Shown: positions 1 to 9,611, counted from the first letter of the stretch. The stretch is DNA of 58,690 nt from Terracidiphilus sp. (GCA_035648535.1 DASRLI010000199.1:1-58690), one strand, 5' to 3'. Translations and numbers: made by a program. The notes: generated by a model from the sequence alone, not told the origin.

Positions 1-1
1 G

Positions 2-229
2 CCCTTGGCATTGAGCCTCATCCTGCTGCCCTTTGCCGGCAGGCTGCGCAAGGCCGCCCGGCAATGGAAGAGACTTGCGGTGCTTGCGCTTCTGGGCGCG
101 GCCCTGGCCGTGGGATTGAACGGATGCGGCAGCAATGCAAAACTGAATTCGCAGGGGTATTCTTTAACAGTGACTGCGGCTTCCGGATCGTTGTCGCATT
201 CGGCGTCGTTGAAACTCACCGTGCAATAA
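2..229 (+). CDS. C-terminal end of a surface/Ig-like repeat protein (5'-truncated by window edge)
   Basis: Open from the window start; basic patch, hydrophobic stretch, LNGCG, then a terminal beta-rich segment YSLTVTAASGSLSHSASLKLTVQ like the C-termini of acidobacterial Ig-like surface proteins. Confidence 0.6.
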   Translation, partial: PLALSLILLPFAGRLRKAARQWKRLAVLALLGAALAVGLNGCGSNAKLNSQGYSLTVTAASGSLSHSASLKLTVQ

Positions 230-263
230 GTTCTGCACGGTACTCCAGCCAGGAGCCGGTTGC

Positions 264-2222
264 GTGACACGCCTGTTTCTCCGCACGTTCATTGCAGCCG
301 CGCTCTGCGCGACAGTGTATGCGGCTGGTCAGTCGCCCCCGGCAACGGAACCCGCTCCCAGCGTTCCGGCTGCCCCGGCCAACCCGAACCTGGTCGTGGT
401 CGACGTTGTGGTGACCGACGCCAAGCATAACCCCGCCCACAACCTCACCGCGGCCGATTTGGTGGTGCTTGAAAACGGCCACCCGCAGACAACCAGGACG
501 TTTGAAGAGCACCACGCCTGGGACGCCGCCGCGCCGCTGTCGACGCCTCCCCACGTCACTCCCGGGACATTCACCAACTTCACGAGTGCACCGACAAACG
601 GCGCAGTGAATATTCTGCTGTTCGACGTGCTCAACACGCCCATGAATGCCCAGGCGGCGGTTCGGCAGCAGATGATGAATTACTTGAAATCTGCGCGGCC
701 CGGCATGCACATGGCCATCTTCGGCCTTTCCTCAAAGCTTGTTTTGCTGCAGGGTTTCGCTTCCGACCCCGATCTTCTGAGCAGCGTGCTGAAAGAGAGG
801 GAGGATGTAACGAAGGATTCCGCCGAGACCACCGATGCCGGCAACGGCGGCACCTCCGCCGCGGACGACTCGTCGACGGATGCGACAGAAGCAGCCGTGG
901 CTTTGCTCGGCAATAGCCCCACATCAGACCAACTGGTTGCCGAAATAGACCAATTCGACGCTGACAGGCAGGCTTTCCCACTGCAGCTTCGTGCGCGCCT
1001 TACGCTGGATGCGTTCAACCTGATTGGCCGCTATCTCAGCCGCTTTTCCGGCCGCAAGAATCTTATCTGGTTCTCCGGCTCGTTCCCCATCAACATTCTG
1101 CCCGACGGCAATCTAGAGAATCCGTTCAACGCTGTTGCCTCATCCGAGGATGAGTTTCGCGAAACGACCGGGCTGTTGGCCCGCAGCCAGGTGGCCGTCT
1201 ATCCCATCGATGCCCACGTCGCGGTGGCGGCGCCGACGCCGAGTTCCACCGGCTCCCGTCCGCAATATGTCAGGAACGCGGCCCCATCCGGCAATGACAA
1301 CTCGAAGGCTCCCCAGCAGAATGCGGAAGGGCCTGGAACCATGCAAGCAATGGCCGAAGCCACCGGTGGAGAAGTCTATGCGAGCACCAACGGCCTGAAG
1401 GAAGCGGTCGAGAAGGCAGTCCAGGCTGGCTCCAACTACTACACGCTCACCTATGCGCCCACGGACCAACAATGGAAGGGCGACTTCAGGAAAATTCAGG
1501 TGATGGCGGCCAAGCCGGGCATGACTCTGGCCTACCGCCGCGGCTATTTCGCCGACGATCCCAAAGCGCCTCCGCGGCCTGTCACAACTGAAGGAGCCGA
1601 CGCCGACCGGACGGCCTACAGCGCCATGCGTTCGGCGATGGTGCAGGGCGGCCCTGAGCCAACGGAAATCATCTTTGCGGCCACCATCAAGCCCGCGACT
1701 GCCGACACCGAGCCTGATGTGGCGCCCGGAAATGAGATTGTCGGAACAACGCAGGGTCCCTACCGGCGCTATACCGTCCTGCTCGGCCTGGACGCGCGCG
1801 ACGTCGAGTGCACATCCGCGGCTGAAGGTGCTCACCATTGTGTTCTGGAATCTGTGATCTTTGTCTACGACGCTGACGGAGTCCTCCTTAATTCGGTTGC
1901 CGGCGGAATAAGTGCAGATTTCTCCGCCGACAAGTTCGCCTCCCTGGAGAAAAACGGCTTCCATTTCCATCAGGACATAAGCGTGCCGGTTCTTGGCGCG
2001 TCATTTTTGCGCATCGGTGTAATCGATGAAACCACAAACAAGGTTGGTGCAGTGGAACTGCCCGTCTCTGCCTTAGCCAAGCTGCCCCCACCCCCTTCGG
2101 AAGCACCCTCAGCAGCACCGGCAGAGGGTTCTCCACCAGCAGCGGTACAGCCATCGGCAGAGACTCCGCCAGCGACAACAGCAACACCGCCGGCAACCGC
2201 ACCGGCGCCCCAACCGCAGTGA
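264..2222 (+). CDS. VWA domain-containing protein (acidobacterial VWFA-related)
   Basis: Signal peptide; NLVVVDVVVTD, LLFDVLNT, GRKNLIWFSGSFP, VAVYPID, MAEATGG, YYTLTYAP, YRRGYFA; Pro/Ala-rich tail; GTG start after AGGAG. Confidence 0.88.
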   Translation: MTRLFLRTFIAAALCATVYAAGQSPPATEPAPSVPAAPANPNLVVVDVVVTDAKHNPAHNLTAADLVVLENGHPQTTRTFEEHHAWDAAAPLSTPPHVTPGTFTNFTSAPTNGAVNILLFDVLNTPMNAQAAVRQQMMNYLKSARPGMHMAIFGLSSKLVLLQGFASDPDLLSSVLKEREDVTKDSAETTDAGNGGTSAADDSSTDATEAAVALLGNSPTSDQLVAEIDQFDADRQAFPLQLRARLTLDAFNLIGRYLSRFSGRKNLIWFSGSFPINILPDGNLENPFNAVASSEDEFRETTGLLARSQVAVYPIDAHVAVAAPTPSSTGSRPQYVRNAAPSGNDNSKAPQQNAEGPGTMQAMAEATGGEVYASTNGLKEAVEKAVQAGSNYYTLTYAPTDQQWKGDFRKIQVMAAKPGMTLAYRRGYFADDPKAPPRPVTTEGADADRTAYSAMRSAMVQGGPEPTEIIFAATIKPATADTEPDVAPGNEIVGTTQGPYRRYTVLLGLDARDVECTSAAEGAHHCVLESVIFVYDADGVLLNSVAGGISADFSADKFASLEKNGFHFHQDISVPVLGASFLRIGVIDETTNKVGAVELPVSALAKLPPPPSEAPSAAPAEGSPPAAVQPSAETPPATTATPPATAPAPQPQ

Positions 2223-2393
2223 GAGAGAAGGGACATGGTGTCAGCTGTACCGTTCTGCCGCGGGAGAAAAACCCGAGGCTTCACCTCCTAAGGGAATACA
2301 TGCATTCAACCCAACGCTCCTCGCCTGCATGTCTCTCTTTCGCAGTCTGTGTGAGTGCTATAGTCGCCAGTTCAATTTGGGGCCCGTCTTATC

Positions 2394-4223
2394 ATGCGCA
2401 TATTGCTCTGTGCCTTCGCCGCAGCGTCCATCCTGGTGCCGACACTCGCAGCTGGACAGTCGTCCACAGAAGCACCCGCTTCCACCATCCAGGCCCACAC
2501 GAACCTTGTGGTGGTGGATGTGGTGGTGAGCGACACACAACATAATCCTGTCCACAAGCTCACCAAGGCCGATTTCACAGTGGTTGAGAGCGGCCATGCG
2601 CAAGCGATCAAGACGTTTGAAGAGCATGTCTCCGATCAGACTGCCACGCAATTGCCTCCGCTGCCCAAGCTCCCTCCCGGCACATTCACCAACTACTCCG
2701 TCACGCCCGCAAACAGCGCCCTTAACGTGCTCCTGCTCGATACGCTGAACACACCAATGACTGCACAGGCCGACGTTCGGAACCAGATGCTGAAGTATCT
2801 GAAAGAGGCGCACCCCGGCACGCGCATGGCAATCTTTGGCCTTTCCACGAGGCTCGTGTTGCTGCAGGGATTCACCTCGGACCCTGAGCTTCTGCGCGCT
2901 GTGCTGAATGGAAAGAAAGGTTTGCCGAAGGGTTCCGCTTTGATGACCGATGTCGTGAACGGCGACAACCCCGGCGCGGACGACCCGATGATGGACATGG
3001 CGGAAGACGCGCTCGGCAACGATCCCAGCCTTGCCCAGATGGTTGCCGATCTTCAGCAATTCGAGGCCGAAACGCAGTCTTTCCAATTGCAGCTTCGTGC
3101 GCGCATGACGCTGGATGCATTCAACCTGCTGGGCCGCTATCTCAGCGGGCTGCCCGGCCGCAAGAATCTCATCTGGTTTTCCGGCTCGTTCCCGATCAAC
3201 ATCATGCCCGACGGCGACCTCCAGAACCCCTTCGCCGTCGTCGCCTCATCCGCGGATGAGTTTCGCGAGACAACCGAACTGCTGTCCCGCGGCCAGGTCG
3301 CCGTTTATCCCATCGACGCCCGTGGCCTGATGGGCGCGCCAATGTTAAACGCCGGCAACTCCGGCCGCCAATATGTCAGGAGCCCCGGCAACTTTGGCAA
3401 AGATCAGGCAAAATTCTTCCAGCAGACCGCCGACGAGCATGGCACGATGAGGGAGATGGCCGAGGCTACCGGCGGAGAAGCCTATGTGAACACCAACGGA
3501 CTGAAGGAGGCCATCGAAAAGGCAATTCAGGCCGGCTCCAATTACTACACGCTCACCTATACGCCCATTAACCAGAAATGGAATGGCGACTACCGTAAGA
3601 TTCAAGTCAACCTGGCCCGCAAGGGGCTCAACCTTGCCTATCGCCGCGGCTACTTCGCCGACGATCCGAACGCGCCCAAGCGCCACAGCGAGCCCGCAGT
3701 CACCAGCAATGGCCAGGCTCCTGATTACAGCGCCATGCGTGCCGCCATGACTCGAGGCGGCCCCGACCCTACGGAGATCACCTTGGTGACCAGCGTCAGG
3801 CCCAGTGTTTCCGCAGCCGAAGCCGATGTGGCGCCGGGGAATAAGCCCGGACCAAAAACAAAGGGGCCGTACCAGCGCTTTACCATACAGTTTGGCATCA
3901 ATACGGCCGACCTCGGCTGCACAGCCACCCCCGCCGGTGTCCGCCACTGCGCGTTGACGGCCATGATCTTTGTTTATGACGCCGATGGCGCCCTTCTCAA
4001 TTCGACGGGCGGCGGAATCCATACAGACGTTCCCGCAGATCAATACGCCGGGCTGCTGAAGAGCGGCATCCGATTCCATCAGGACATCAGCGTGCCCGTG
4101 AAAGGAGAATTCTTCCTGCGCATCGGCATTCACGACGAAACCACGAACAAAGTTGGCGCCGTGGAGTTACCCGTCGCTGCCGTCAGTAAGCTACCACCGC
4201 TTGCGGCGACGGGACCGAAGTAA
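2394..4223 (+). CDS. VWA domain-containing protein (tandem paralog)
   Basis: Same motif series as the upstream ORF (LLLDTLNT, GRKNLIWFSGSFP, AEATGG, YRRGYFA); signal peptide. Confidence 0.9.
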   Translation: MRILLCAFAAASILVPTLAAGQSSTEAPASTIQAHTNLVVVDVVVSDTQHNPVHKLTKADFTVVESGHAQAIKTFEEHVSDQTATQLPPLPKLPPGTFTNYSVTPANSALNVLLLDTLNTPMTAQADVRNQMLKYLKEAHPGTRMAIFGLSTRLVLLQGFTSDPELLRAVLNGKKGLPKGSALMTDVVNGDNPGADDPMMDMAEDALGNDPSLAQMVADLQQFEAETQSFQLQLRARMTLDAFNLLGRYLSGLPGRKNLIWFSGSFPINIMPDGDLQNPFAVVASSADEFRETTELLSRGQVAVYPIDARGLMGAPMLNAGNSGRQYVRSPGNFGKDQAKFFQQTADEHGTMREMAEATGGEAYVNTNGLKEAIEKAIQAGSNYYTLTYTPINQKWNGDYRKIQVNLARKGLNLAYRRGYFADDPNAPKRHSEPAVTSNGQAPDYSAMRAAMTRGGPDPTEITLVTSVRPSVSAAEADVAPGNKPGPKTKGPYQRFTIQFGINTADLGCTATPAGVRHCALTAMIFVYDADGALLNSTGGGIHTDVPADQYAGLLKSGIRFHQDISVPVKGEFFLRIGIHDETTNKVGAVELPVAAVSKLPPLAATGPK

Positions 4224-4264
4224 AGTTCAACTTTCATTGCAGCGGGGAAACTTAAGCGGCGCGC

Positions 4265-5377
4265 CTACTCCACTACTGCTTTCGACAGGTTTCTCGGCCG
4301 GTCCACGTCCATACCGTGTTCCAGCGCCATATAGTAAGAGAACAACTGCAGCGGCACCACCTCGAGGATGGGCAGCAGATACTCTGAGGCCGGCTGCACG
4401 CGGACGCAGTCGCTCGCCAGCGCCGCGATTTCGGTGTCATCCGAGTTGGCGATAGCAATCACTTTCGCTCCCTGTGTTTTCATGTCGCCGAGCAGTTGCA
4501 TCGTTTTTTCGTAGCGCAGAACTGAAGCCTCCAGCGCGCGATCCACCGTAGCCAGCACCACCAGGGGCACTCGGTCGCTCACCAGCGCATTGGGCCCGTG
4601 CTTCAGCTCGCCCACCGGGTAGCCCTCGGCATGCACGTACGAAGCTTCCTTCAGCTTGAGCGCGCCTTCGCGGGCAATGGCGTAGTGAATGCCGCGGCCA
4701 AGATAGAGAAAGGTGATTGCGGATTTGTACTTGCTGGCCAGTGCGGCCATCTGCTCGCGCCAGCCATCGAGCGCGGCGTCGATCTTGCCGGAAATCGCCA
4801 GCAGTTCCTCAATGCGCTCGCTGAGTGCGGCAGCATTCATTCGGCCCAGGCGCGCGCCCTCGTAAAGGGCCAAAAGATAAAGCACGGCCAGCTGGCACGT
4901 AAAACTCTTGGTGGCCGGAATCGCCTTTTCGACGCCCGCGGCCAGTGACATGGAAACATCTGCCAAGTGCGCCATGGTCGATGCGGGGTGGTTGGTAATG
5001 GCCAGGGTTTTTTGCCCGCGCAGCCGCGCTTCTTCAAGAGCCGCAAGGGTGTCGGAAGTCTCGCCCGATTGTGACAGCACCAGTACGCTGGGATGGCGAA
5101 GGTCCTGGCCTCCGCGGCAACTGTATTCGCTGGCATACTCCACATCCACTGCCAGTCCGCACAGGTCTTCGAGCAGGATTTCGGCGTAAAGGCCGCTGTG
5201 GCGGCTGGAACCGCTGGCGGCAATCAGGATTTCGCCGGCCGGGTTGGGCCAGCCCGCCAACATGCTTGCGACCTCGGGCTTGAGGCTCTTTCCGGCCAGG
5301 TAGAGGGCCAGCGTGCGGTCCAGCGCCGCGGGCTGCTCATAAATTTCCCTCAACATCTCGTGCGCAAAACTCGGCAT
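4265..5377 (-). CDS. SIS-domain sugar-phosphate isomerase/deaminase (GlmS C-terminal-like, probable glucosamine-6-phosphate deaminase NagB-II type)
   Basis: MLREIYEQP, ASGSS, SQSGET, ATKSF, EGALKLKE, ELKHGP, DRPRNLSKAV; no N-terminal glutamine amidotransferase domain; start set at ATG 5377. Confidence 0.85.
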   Translation of the reverse strand: MPSFAHEMLREIYEQPAALDRTLALYLAGKSLKPEVASMLAGWPNPAGEILIAASGSSRHSGLYAEILLEDLCGLAVDVEYASEYSCRGGQDLRHPSVLVLSQSGETSDTLAALEEARLRGQKTLAITNHPASTMAHLADVSMSLAAGVEKAIPATKSFTCQLAVLYLLALYEGARLGRMNAAALSERIEELLAISGKIDAALDGWREQMAALASKYKSAITFLYLGRGIHYAIAREGALKLKEASYVHAEGYPVGELKHGPNALVSDRVPLVVLATVDRALEASVLRYEKTMQLLGDMKTQGAKVIAIANSDDTEIAALASDCVRVQPASEYLLPILEVVPLQLFSYYMALEHGMDVDRPRNLSKAVVE

Positions 5378-5550
5378 GTTTCCTATCCCGCGGGTAGACC
5401 CTTGCAGGCCAGGTTGACCTTCAAATATGATCATAGCGCGTTAGTTCGATCATTTTCTTGAACGATTCTTGAAAAATGGCCGCCAAATCCTGAGAAAATA
5501 GCTTTGAGACCTTCCATGCATCGGCCGCTGAAAGGAAGAATCCCGACGAC

Positions 5551-6336
5551 ATGTCCGACTCGATAAGCCGCCGCTCAGAGTTGATTATCAAGCTGCTGCT
5601 GCGGACCGGAAGCGCGACCATCGAAGAGATTCTCGCGGAGGCGGGTTCGTCGGCGCCCAGCATCCGGCGCGACCTGGCGCGGCTTGAAAGCCGGGGCCTG
5701 ATCAAGCGCACTCACGGCGGAGCAAAGCTGGTGGAGCCGCTGCTCTACGAGCCGTTCCGTTACGACAGCTCGTTCCTTGCCCGCGAACAGCGACACGCTG
5801 CAGAAAAGCGTCGCATCGGCCTCGCGGCGGCTGAACTGGTCCAGGCCGGCGAAACCGTGGGGCTCACGGCGGGCACCACCACCACGCACATTGGCCGCAG
5901 CCTGCGCCACCGCGAAAACATCAAGGTGGTCACCAACGCCATCAACATCGGCATGGAGCTCTGCAACCAGCCGGGCATCCGCACGTTTCTTACCGGCGGC
6001 GTGGTTCCGTGCGCGTGGTCGTTCTCGCTTACCGGCAGCGCCGCGCTCGGCTTTCTCGACGATGTGTACCTCGACAAGGTTTTCCTGAGCGTGACCGGCC
6101 TTGACGCGCACCGCGGAGCATCCACGCTGGAAACTGAAGAGGCGCTGGTGTTTCGCAAGATGCTCAAGCAATCGAAACAGGTGATCGTGGTGGCCGACCC
6201 TAGCAAGCTGGGCCAGGTGAGCCCGGCATTCATCTGCCCGGCCAACGAGATTCACCTGCTGATTACGAACACCGCGGCAACGGATGAAACCGTCGCACCA
6301 TTCGAGCAGTTGGGCATTCGCATTCTTCGGGTCTGA
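5551..6336 (+). CDS. DeoR/GlpR family transcriptional regulator
   Basis: N-terminal HTH (SIRRDLARLE..G.IKRTHGGA) and DeoR C-terminal sensor (AGTTTT, VVTNA, VVADPSKLG); divergent from the SIS gene. Confidence 0.93.
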   Translation: MSDSISRRSELIIKLLLRTGSATIEEILAEAGSSAPSIRRDLARLESRGLIKRTHGGAKLVEPLLYEPFRYDSSFLAREQRHAAEKRRIGLAAAELVQAGETVGLTAGTTTTHIGRSLRHRENIKVVTNAINIGMELCNQPGIRTFLTGGVVPCAWSFSLTGSAALGFLDDVYLDKVFLSVTGLDAHRGASTLETEEALVFRKMLKQSKQVIVVADPSKLGQVSPAFICPANEIHLLITNTAATDETVAPFEQLGIRILRV

Positions 6337-6382
6337 ATCAGAGCATCAGGAAGAAATCTGCGAACGTTCGTGGAACACGGCA

Positions 6383-8521
6383 TCAGCCGATTCGCTTCCA
6401 GGCGTATACATCGTAACCGCTCCCGCTCTCCGCGATTCCCTTTCCATTGCTCCAACTCAGCCGCAGTTTCTTCTCACCCGCCTGCATCGTAAATGGAAGC
6501 GAGCCGTCGCCATAGACGCGTGCTGTCAGCCGCCGCGTTTCCGGAGCGCCTGCAAACAGGCCGACGTCTGCCCACGGCACAATGCTGCCGCTCTTGACAT
6601 AAACGGGTATCCGCTCGGTCGAAGCAGGCACCTGCAACTCCGTACCGCCCTTGAGCGACTCGCCGGTCCAGAAGTCGTGCCAGGCTCCCTCCGGCAACAC
6701 CACCTTGCGGTTCGCCTCTCCGGCAAACAACGGCGCAACCATCATCCGGTCGCCGACCATGTACTGATCATCGACGTTGTGCAATCGTATTTGCTTCGGC
6801 GCATCCAGCACCAGCGCGCGGAAGGGCGGCGTCCCATCTTCGGCGTAGCGCTGGAAAGCTGCCGTCAGGTAAGGCACAAGCTGCATCCGCCAGCCGATGA
6901 CTTCGCGGCAACGCGCCTCGAGCTTCTCCCAGCCATCGAGCAACTCATCCGCATTATTCTTCTTGCGATTTAGCTGCTTCCACGGCGGATTCTTGATGTA
7001 CCAGCCGTTCACCATGGCCAGCGGAGAGAACACCACGCTCTGCAGGCGTCGAATCAAATCCTCTTCGCTCACTGCGTCGCGCACTTCCGGACACCAGAGC
7101 AATCCGCTGAATCCCGAGTTGACCAGCCCGCGAATGAAGTCGCGATGTGCATACAAGTCGCTGTAGAGCACAAACGGATAAGGCGCGGCCAATGCGCCGC
7201 TGGAGCGGACAAGATTGTAAGTGGGCTGGCGGCGCTTGCGGAACTCGTTCCAGATTGCCATCTGGTAGCGCAGGCCAAACACGCTGTGCATCTGTTCGCC
7301 GTCCACGCCTGATGGGAATGTGCTGCACTCCGGAAAGGACCAGCCGCCCGTGTAGTCGGAGTTGTCGCACTCGTCAAGCTTGAATCCGCTGACGCCGACG
7401 TCGATAAATGTTTTGCCGTGGTATGCGCCAAACGCCTCGCGCGCCTGCTCACCGGCAAAGTCCGGCACCAGCCCGCCCCACACACCGAGGTCCCCGGAGC
7501 ACGGCTGGATGGCCGGAAAAAGTGGCGATGCCGGATCAGTGAATGCGTGCTCCCACAGATTCACTCTGTAATTCAAGTCCATTGCAGAGCGTAAAAACTT
7601 TGCCGGATCTGCGAACCGATCCTTGTTCCATTCAAATGTGCAGGAGTAGGAGTGCGTCTGCCATCCTGGCTCCAGGCCGATCACGTCACAGGGAATCTTG
7701 TGATCGCGGAATTCATGCGCAAGTGCGAGCGCGCTCTGTTCGGTTGCCCGCGCATCGGCCCTATACCAGAAGCCCAGACCCCACTCCGGCGGCACGTTTC
7801 CTCCGCCTGAAAACACGTTGTACCGCTTCACCGCGTCAAGCATTGCGGGGCCGGCGAACAAATACACATCGACGCCGGCAGCATGGGGTACGTCAACAGT
7901 AATCACTCCCGTGTCGCCATTCCCAATTTCGTGCGTGTAATTCGGGTCCGGGTTGGTTTGCGTTACCGAAGCCTGTGCATGAGTTGGCTTCGGACGCGCA
8001 TCGCCAAAATAGAAAGTCGCGTAACGCGCGGTGTCGATCAGGATTCCGATTCCTTCCGTCGTCACGTAAAACGGCACCGGCGCATGCGAATCGCCTGTAT
8101 CCATCTTCGGATCGGCGTTGACGCGCGTCACCTTCTTCTTACCGCGCTGCGCGTGCGACATCAATTGCAGTCCGAGTCCGTAGATCTCTTCTCCTGGGCG
8201 CAGCGTCAACTTGACCACGCAACCTCGCGCCAATCTCTTGCCTTCAATCGGCGGCAGGGGAACAGCATCCACGCGAGGCCGCTTTTCAAAGGCCTCTGTC
8301 TGCGCGGGCACCAGCCGGCTTTGCACCGGGGTAAACCGCTCTGGCGTGCCAATGGTTGCACGCCACACGCCCGGATGAACCTGCTTCCAGACCGGCGTCT
8401 CGGGCGAAACATGTTCAGCCTCAGTTTCCGCGCCAAGCAAACGGGAAAGCCCTGCTGCGGTTCCGCTTGCCGCAAGTCCCTTGGCAAGTGCACGTCGGGT
8501 GATCGTTCTATCAGCGCTCAA
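6383..8521 (-). CDS. Glycoside hydrolase family 31, Tat-exported
   Basis: Twin-arginine leader (TRRALAKG); YGLG, PVPFYVT, PPEWGLGFW, IPCDVI, GFKLDECD, DQYMVGD, LPEGAWHDFWTG, IPVYVK. Confidence 0.87.
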   Translation of the reverse strand: MSADRTITRRALAKGLAASGTAAGLSRLLGAETEAEHVSPETPVWKQVHPGVWRATIGTPERFTPVQSRLVPAQTEAFEKRPRVDAVPLPPIEGKRLARGCVVKLTLRPGEEIYGLGLQLMSHAQRGKKKVTRVNADPKMDTGDSHAPVPFYVTTEGIGILIDTARYATFYFGDARPKPTHAQASVTQTNPDPNYTHEIGNGDTGVITVDVPHAAGVDVYLFAGPAMLDAVKRYNVFSGGGNVPPEWGLGFWYRADARATEQSALALAHEFRDHKIPCDVIGLEPGWQTHSYSCTFEWNKDRFADPAKFLRSAMDLNYRVNLWEHAFTDPASPLFPAIQPCSGDLGVWGGLVPDFAGEQAREAFGAYHGKTFIDVGVSGFKLDECDNSDYTGGWSFPECSTFPSGVDGEQMHSVFGLRYQMAIWNEFRKRRQPTYNLVRSSGALAAPYPFVLYSDLYAHRDFIRGLVNSGFSGLLWCPEVRDAVSEEDLIRRLQSVVFSPLAMVNGWYIKNPPWKQLNRKKNNADELLDGWEKLEARCREVIGWRMQLVPYLTAAFQRYAEDGTPPFRALVLDAPKQIRLHNVDDQYMVGDRMMVAPLFAGEANRKVVLPEGAWHDFWTGESLKGGTELQVPASTERIPVYVKSGSIVPWADVGLFAGAPETRRLTARVYGDGSLPFTMQAGEKKLRLSWSNGKGIAESGSGYDVYAWKRIG

Positions 8522-8683
8522 TTCTCTCTCCGGATAAAACTATAGTCCTATCGATTTCATAGCTGTTTCACAAGCACCATGCTCCGGGCCGTCAGCGAAG
8601 AACATTGCAACAGGGATGCCTTCGCCTCTAGACTTGGAAAGGCCGGAGTTGATAGACGCAAAGTTTCTCGGCTCCTGTGCCAC

Positions 8684-8691
8684 TGTACGAT
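8684..8691 (+). promoter_or_regulatory. Putative -10 element of the tRNA gene (tgTACGAT)
   Basis: TACGAT ends 7 nt before the first tRNA base. Confidence 0.4.
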
Positions 8692-8698
8692 CCAGTTT

Positions 8699-8741
8699 GC
8701 GAAAGTGGCGGAATTGGCAGACGCACCAGACTTAGGATCTG
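8699..8741 (+). tRNA. tRNA-Leu(TAG) 5' half only (truncated; probable att site)
   Basis: GCGAAAGTGGCGGAATTGGCAGACGCACCAGACTTAGGATCTG gives the acceptor 5' strand, D-arm and anticodon arm CCAGA-CTTAGGA-TCTG; then a T-run, with no variable arm, T-arm or 3' acceptor. Confidence 0.85.
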
Positions 8742-8900
8742 TTTTTTTGACGGAACTGCACCGAGGCGCAAGAGAGCGCAAAGTAACGCAAAGTTATTTA
8801 TTTAAATGAGTTTAATCTGATACAAGGTGCTGCAGGGTAGCGCAACAAAGCGCATCAGATTCCAAAGCAAAGTGCCATCAGAACTGCCACTAGCGCGCAC
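8742..8900. mobile_element. att-arm-like end of a tRNA-targeting integrative element
   Basis: Repeated (g/a)cgcaa units, an AT-rich IHF-like tract (aagttatttatttaaatgagttta) and the direct repeat tgcca-tcagaac-tgcca next to the broken tRNA. Confidence 0.55.
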
Positions 8901-9229
8901 TGAAGAATTCAAGACCTTGATGTTGAGTGCGCCTCAATACGCCGCGCGAAAGCACAGGTCTTTGGGACATGTTCTTCGCAGTTGACCATCGAATACCCAA
9001 TTTGGGAGGTTTCCCCAAGACCCAGGTGCCCGTTTTCACTTCTCCAACGATGGTGATCGCTGCTCAGTCGAACAGGTTGCCGGTTTCCGATGCAGCCAGG
9101 TTTGATCAACTGCGGCGCCTTGCAGATGTGATCCCGCTCGCATTATTGATTTCTTTACGTTTAAAGACAAAATGGCTGCACCTTTTCCTTCAACATGCGT
9201 TGTAGCCTATGAGGCTGGGTTCCAAACCC

Positions 9230-9610
9230 GGCAATCAGGCTCCCCCACCAACCGCCAGGGGGAAAAGGTAAGAGGATCGGCAAGGGCCAATGGGCCGGAA
9301 CCGATTCCGCCGGAATCTCAAGCCGGCCACAAGGCAGCCGGGAGTTGCCAGGGTACAGTGGAAAGCCAATGGGCTGTGGCTGGATCCACCGGACTCCTCG
9401 TCCGGCTTAATCAGGTAAGAGGTGTTGCGTCAGCGAATGAGCTGAGGCCCCACGCGCCGTAGCGCTCCGGTCGTCGTAGCGATCCCAACTTCATGAGGAA
9501 ACTGTATGTGCAGGAAGACCAGGACCGCTACGCAGGCTATGGAGCATAGCCGGGCGACGGTTGAGAGGCTGCGGTATAGCCGCGAGAGCGCGGCGGTTGC
9601 GCTCTGCCAC
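9230..9610 (+). ncRNA. Candidate structured non-coding RNA / orphan mobile-element end (strand uncertain)
   Basis: Many hairpins (gattcc/ggaatc, ccggac/gtccgg, tcagc/gctga, cgtagcg/cgctacg, ggctatg/catagcc, agagcgc/gcgctct) and duplicated 10-mers AGGTAAGAGG and GCCAATGGGC; no credible ORF. Confidence 0.4.
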
Positions 9611-9611
9611 C

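Noticed and set aside
8699-8900. Intact tRNA or intron-containing tRNA-Leu
   Set aside because: The anticodon loop is uninterrupted and no T-arm/3' acceptor half or group I core was found downstream
9172-9462. IS110 transposase fragment (VAYEAG)
   Set aside because: Only a 6-residue resemblance; the rest of the ORF is not transposase-like and overlaps the hairpin-rich region
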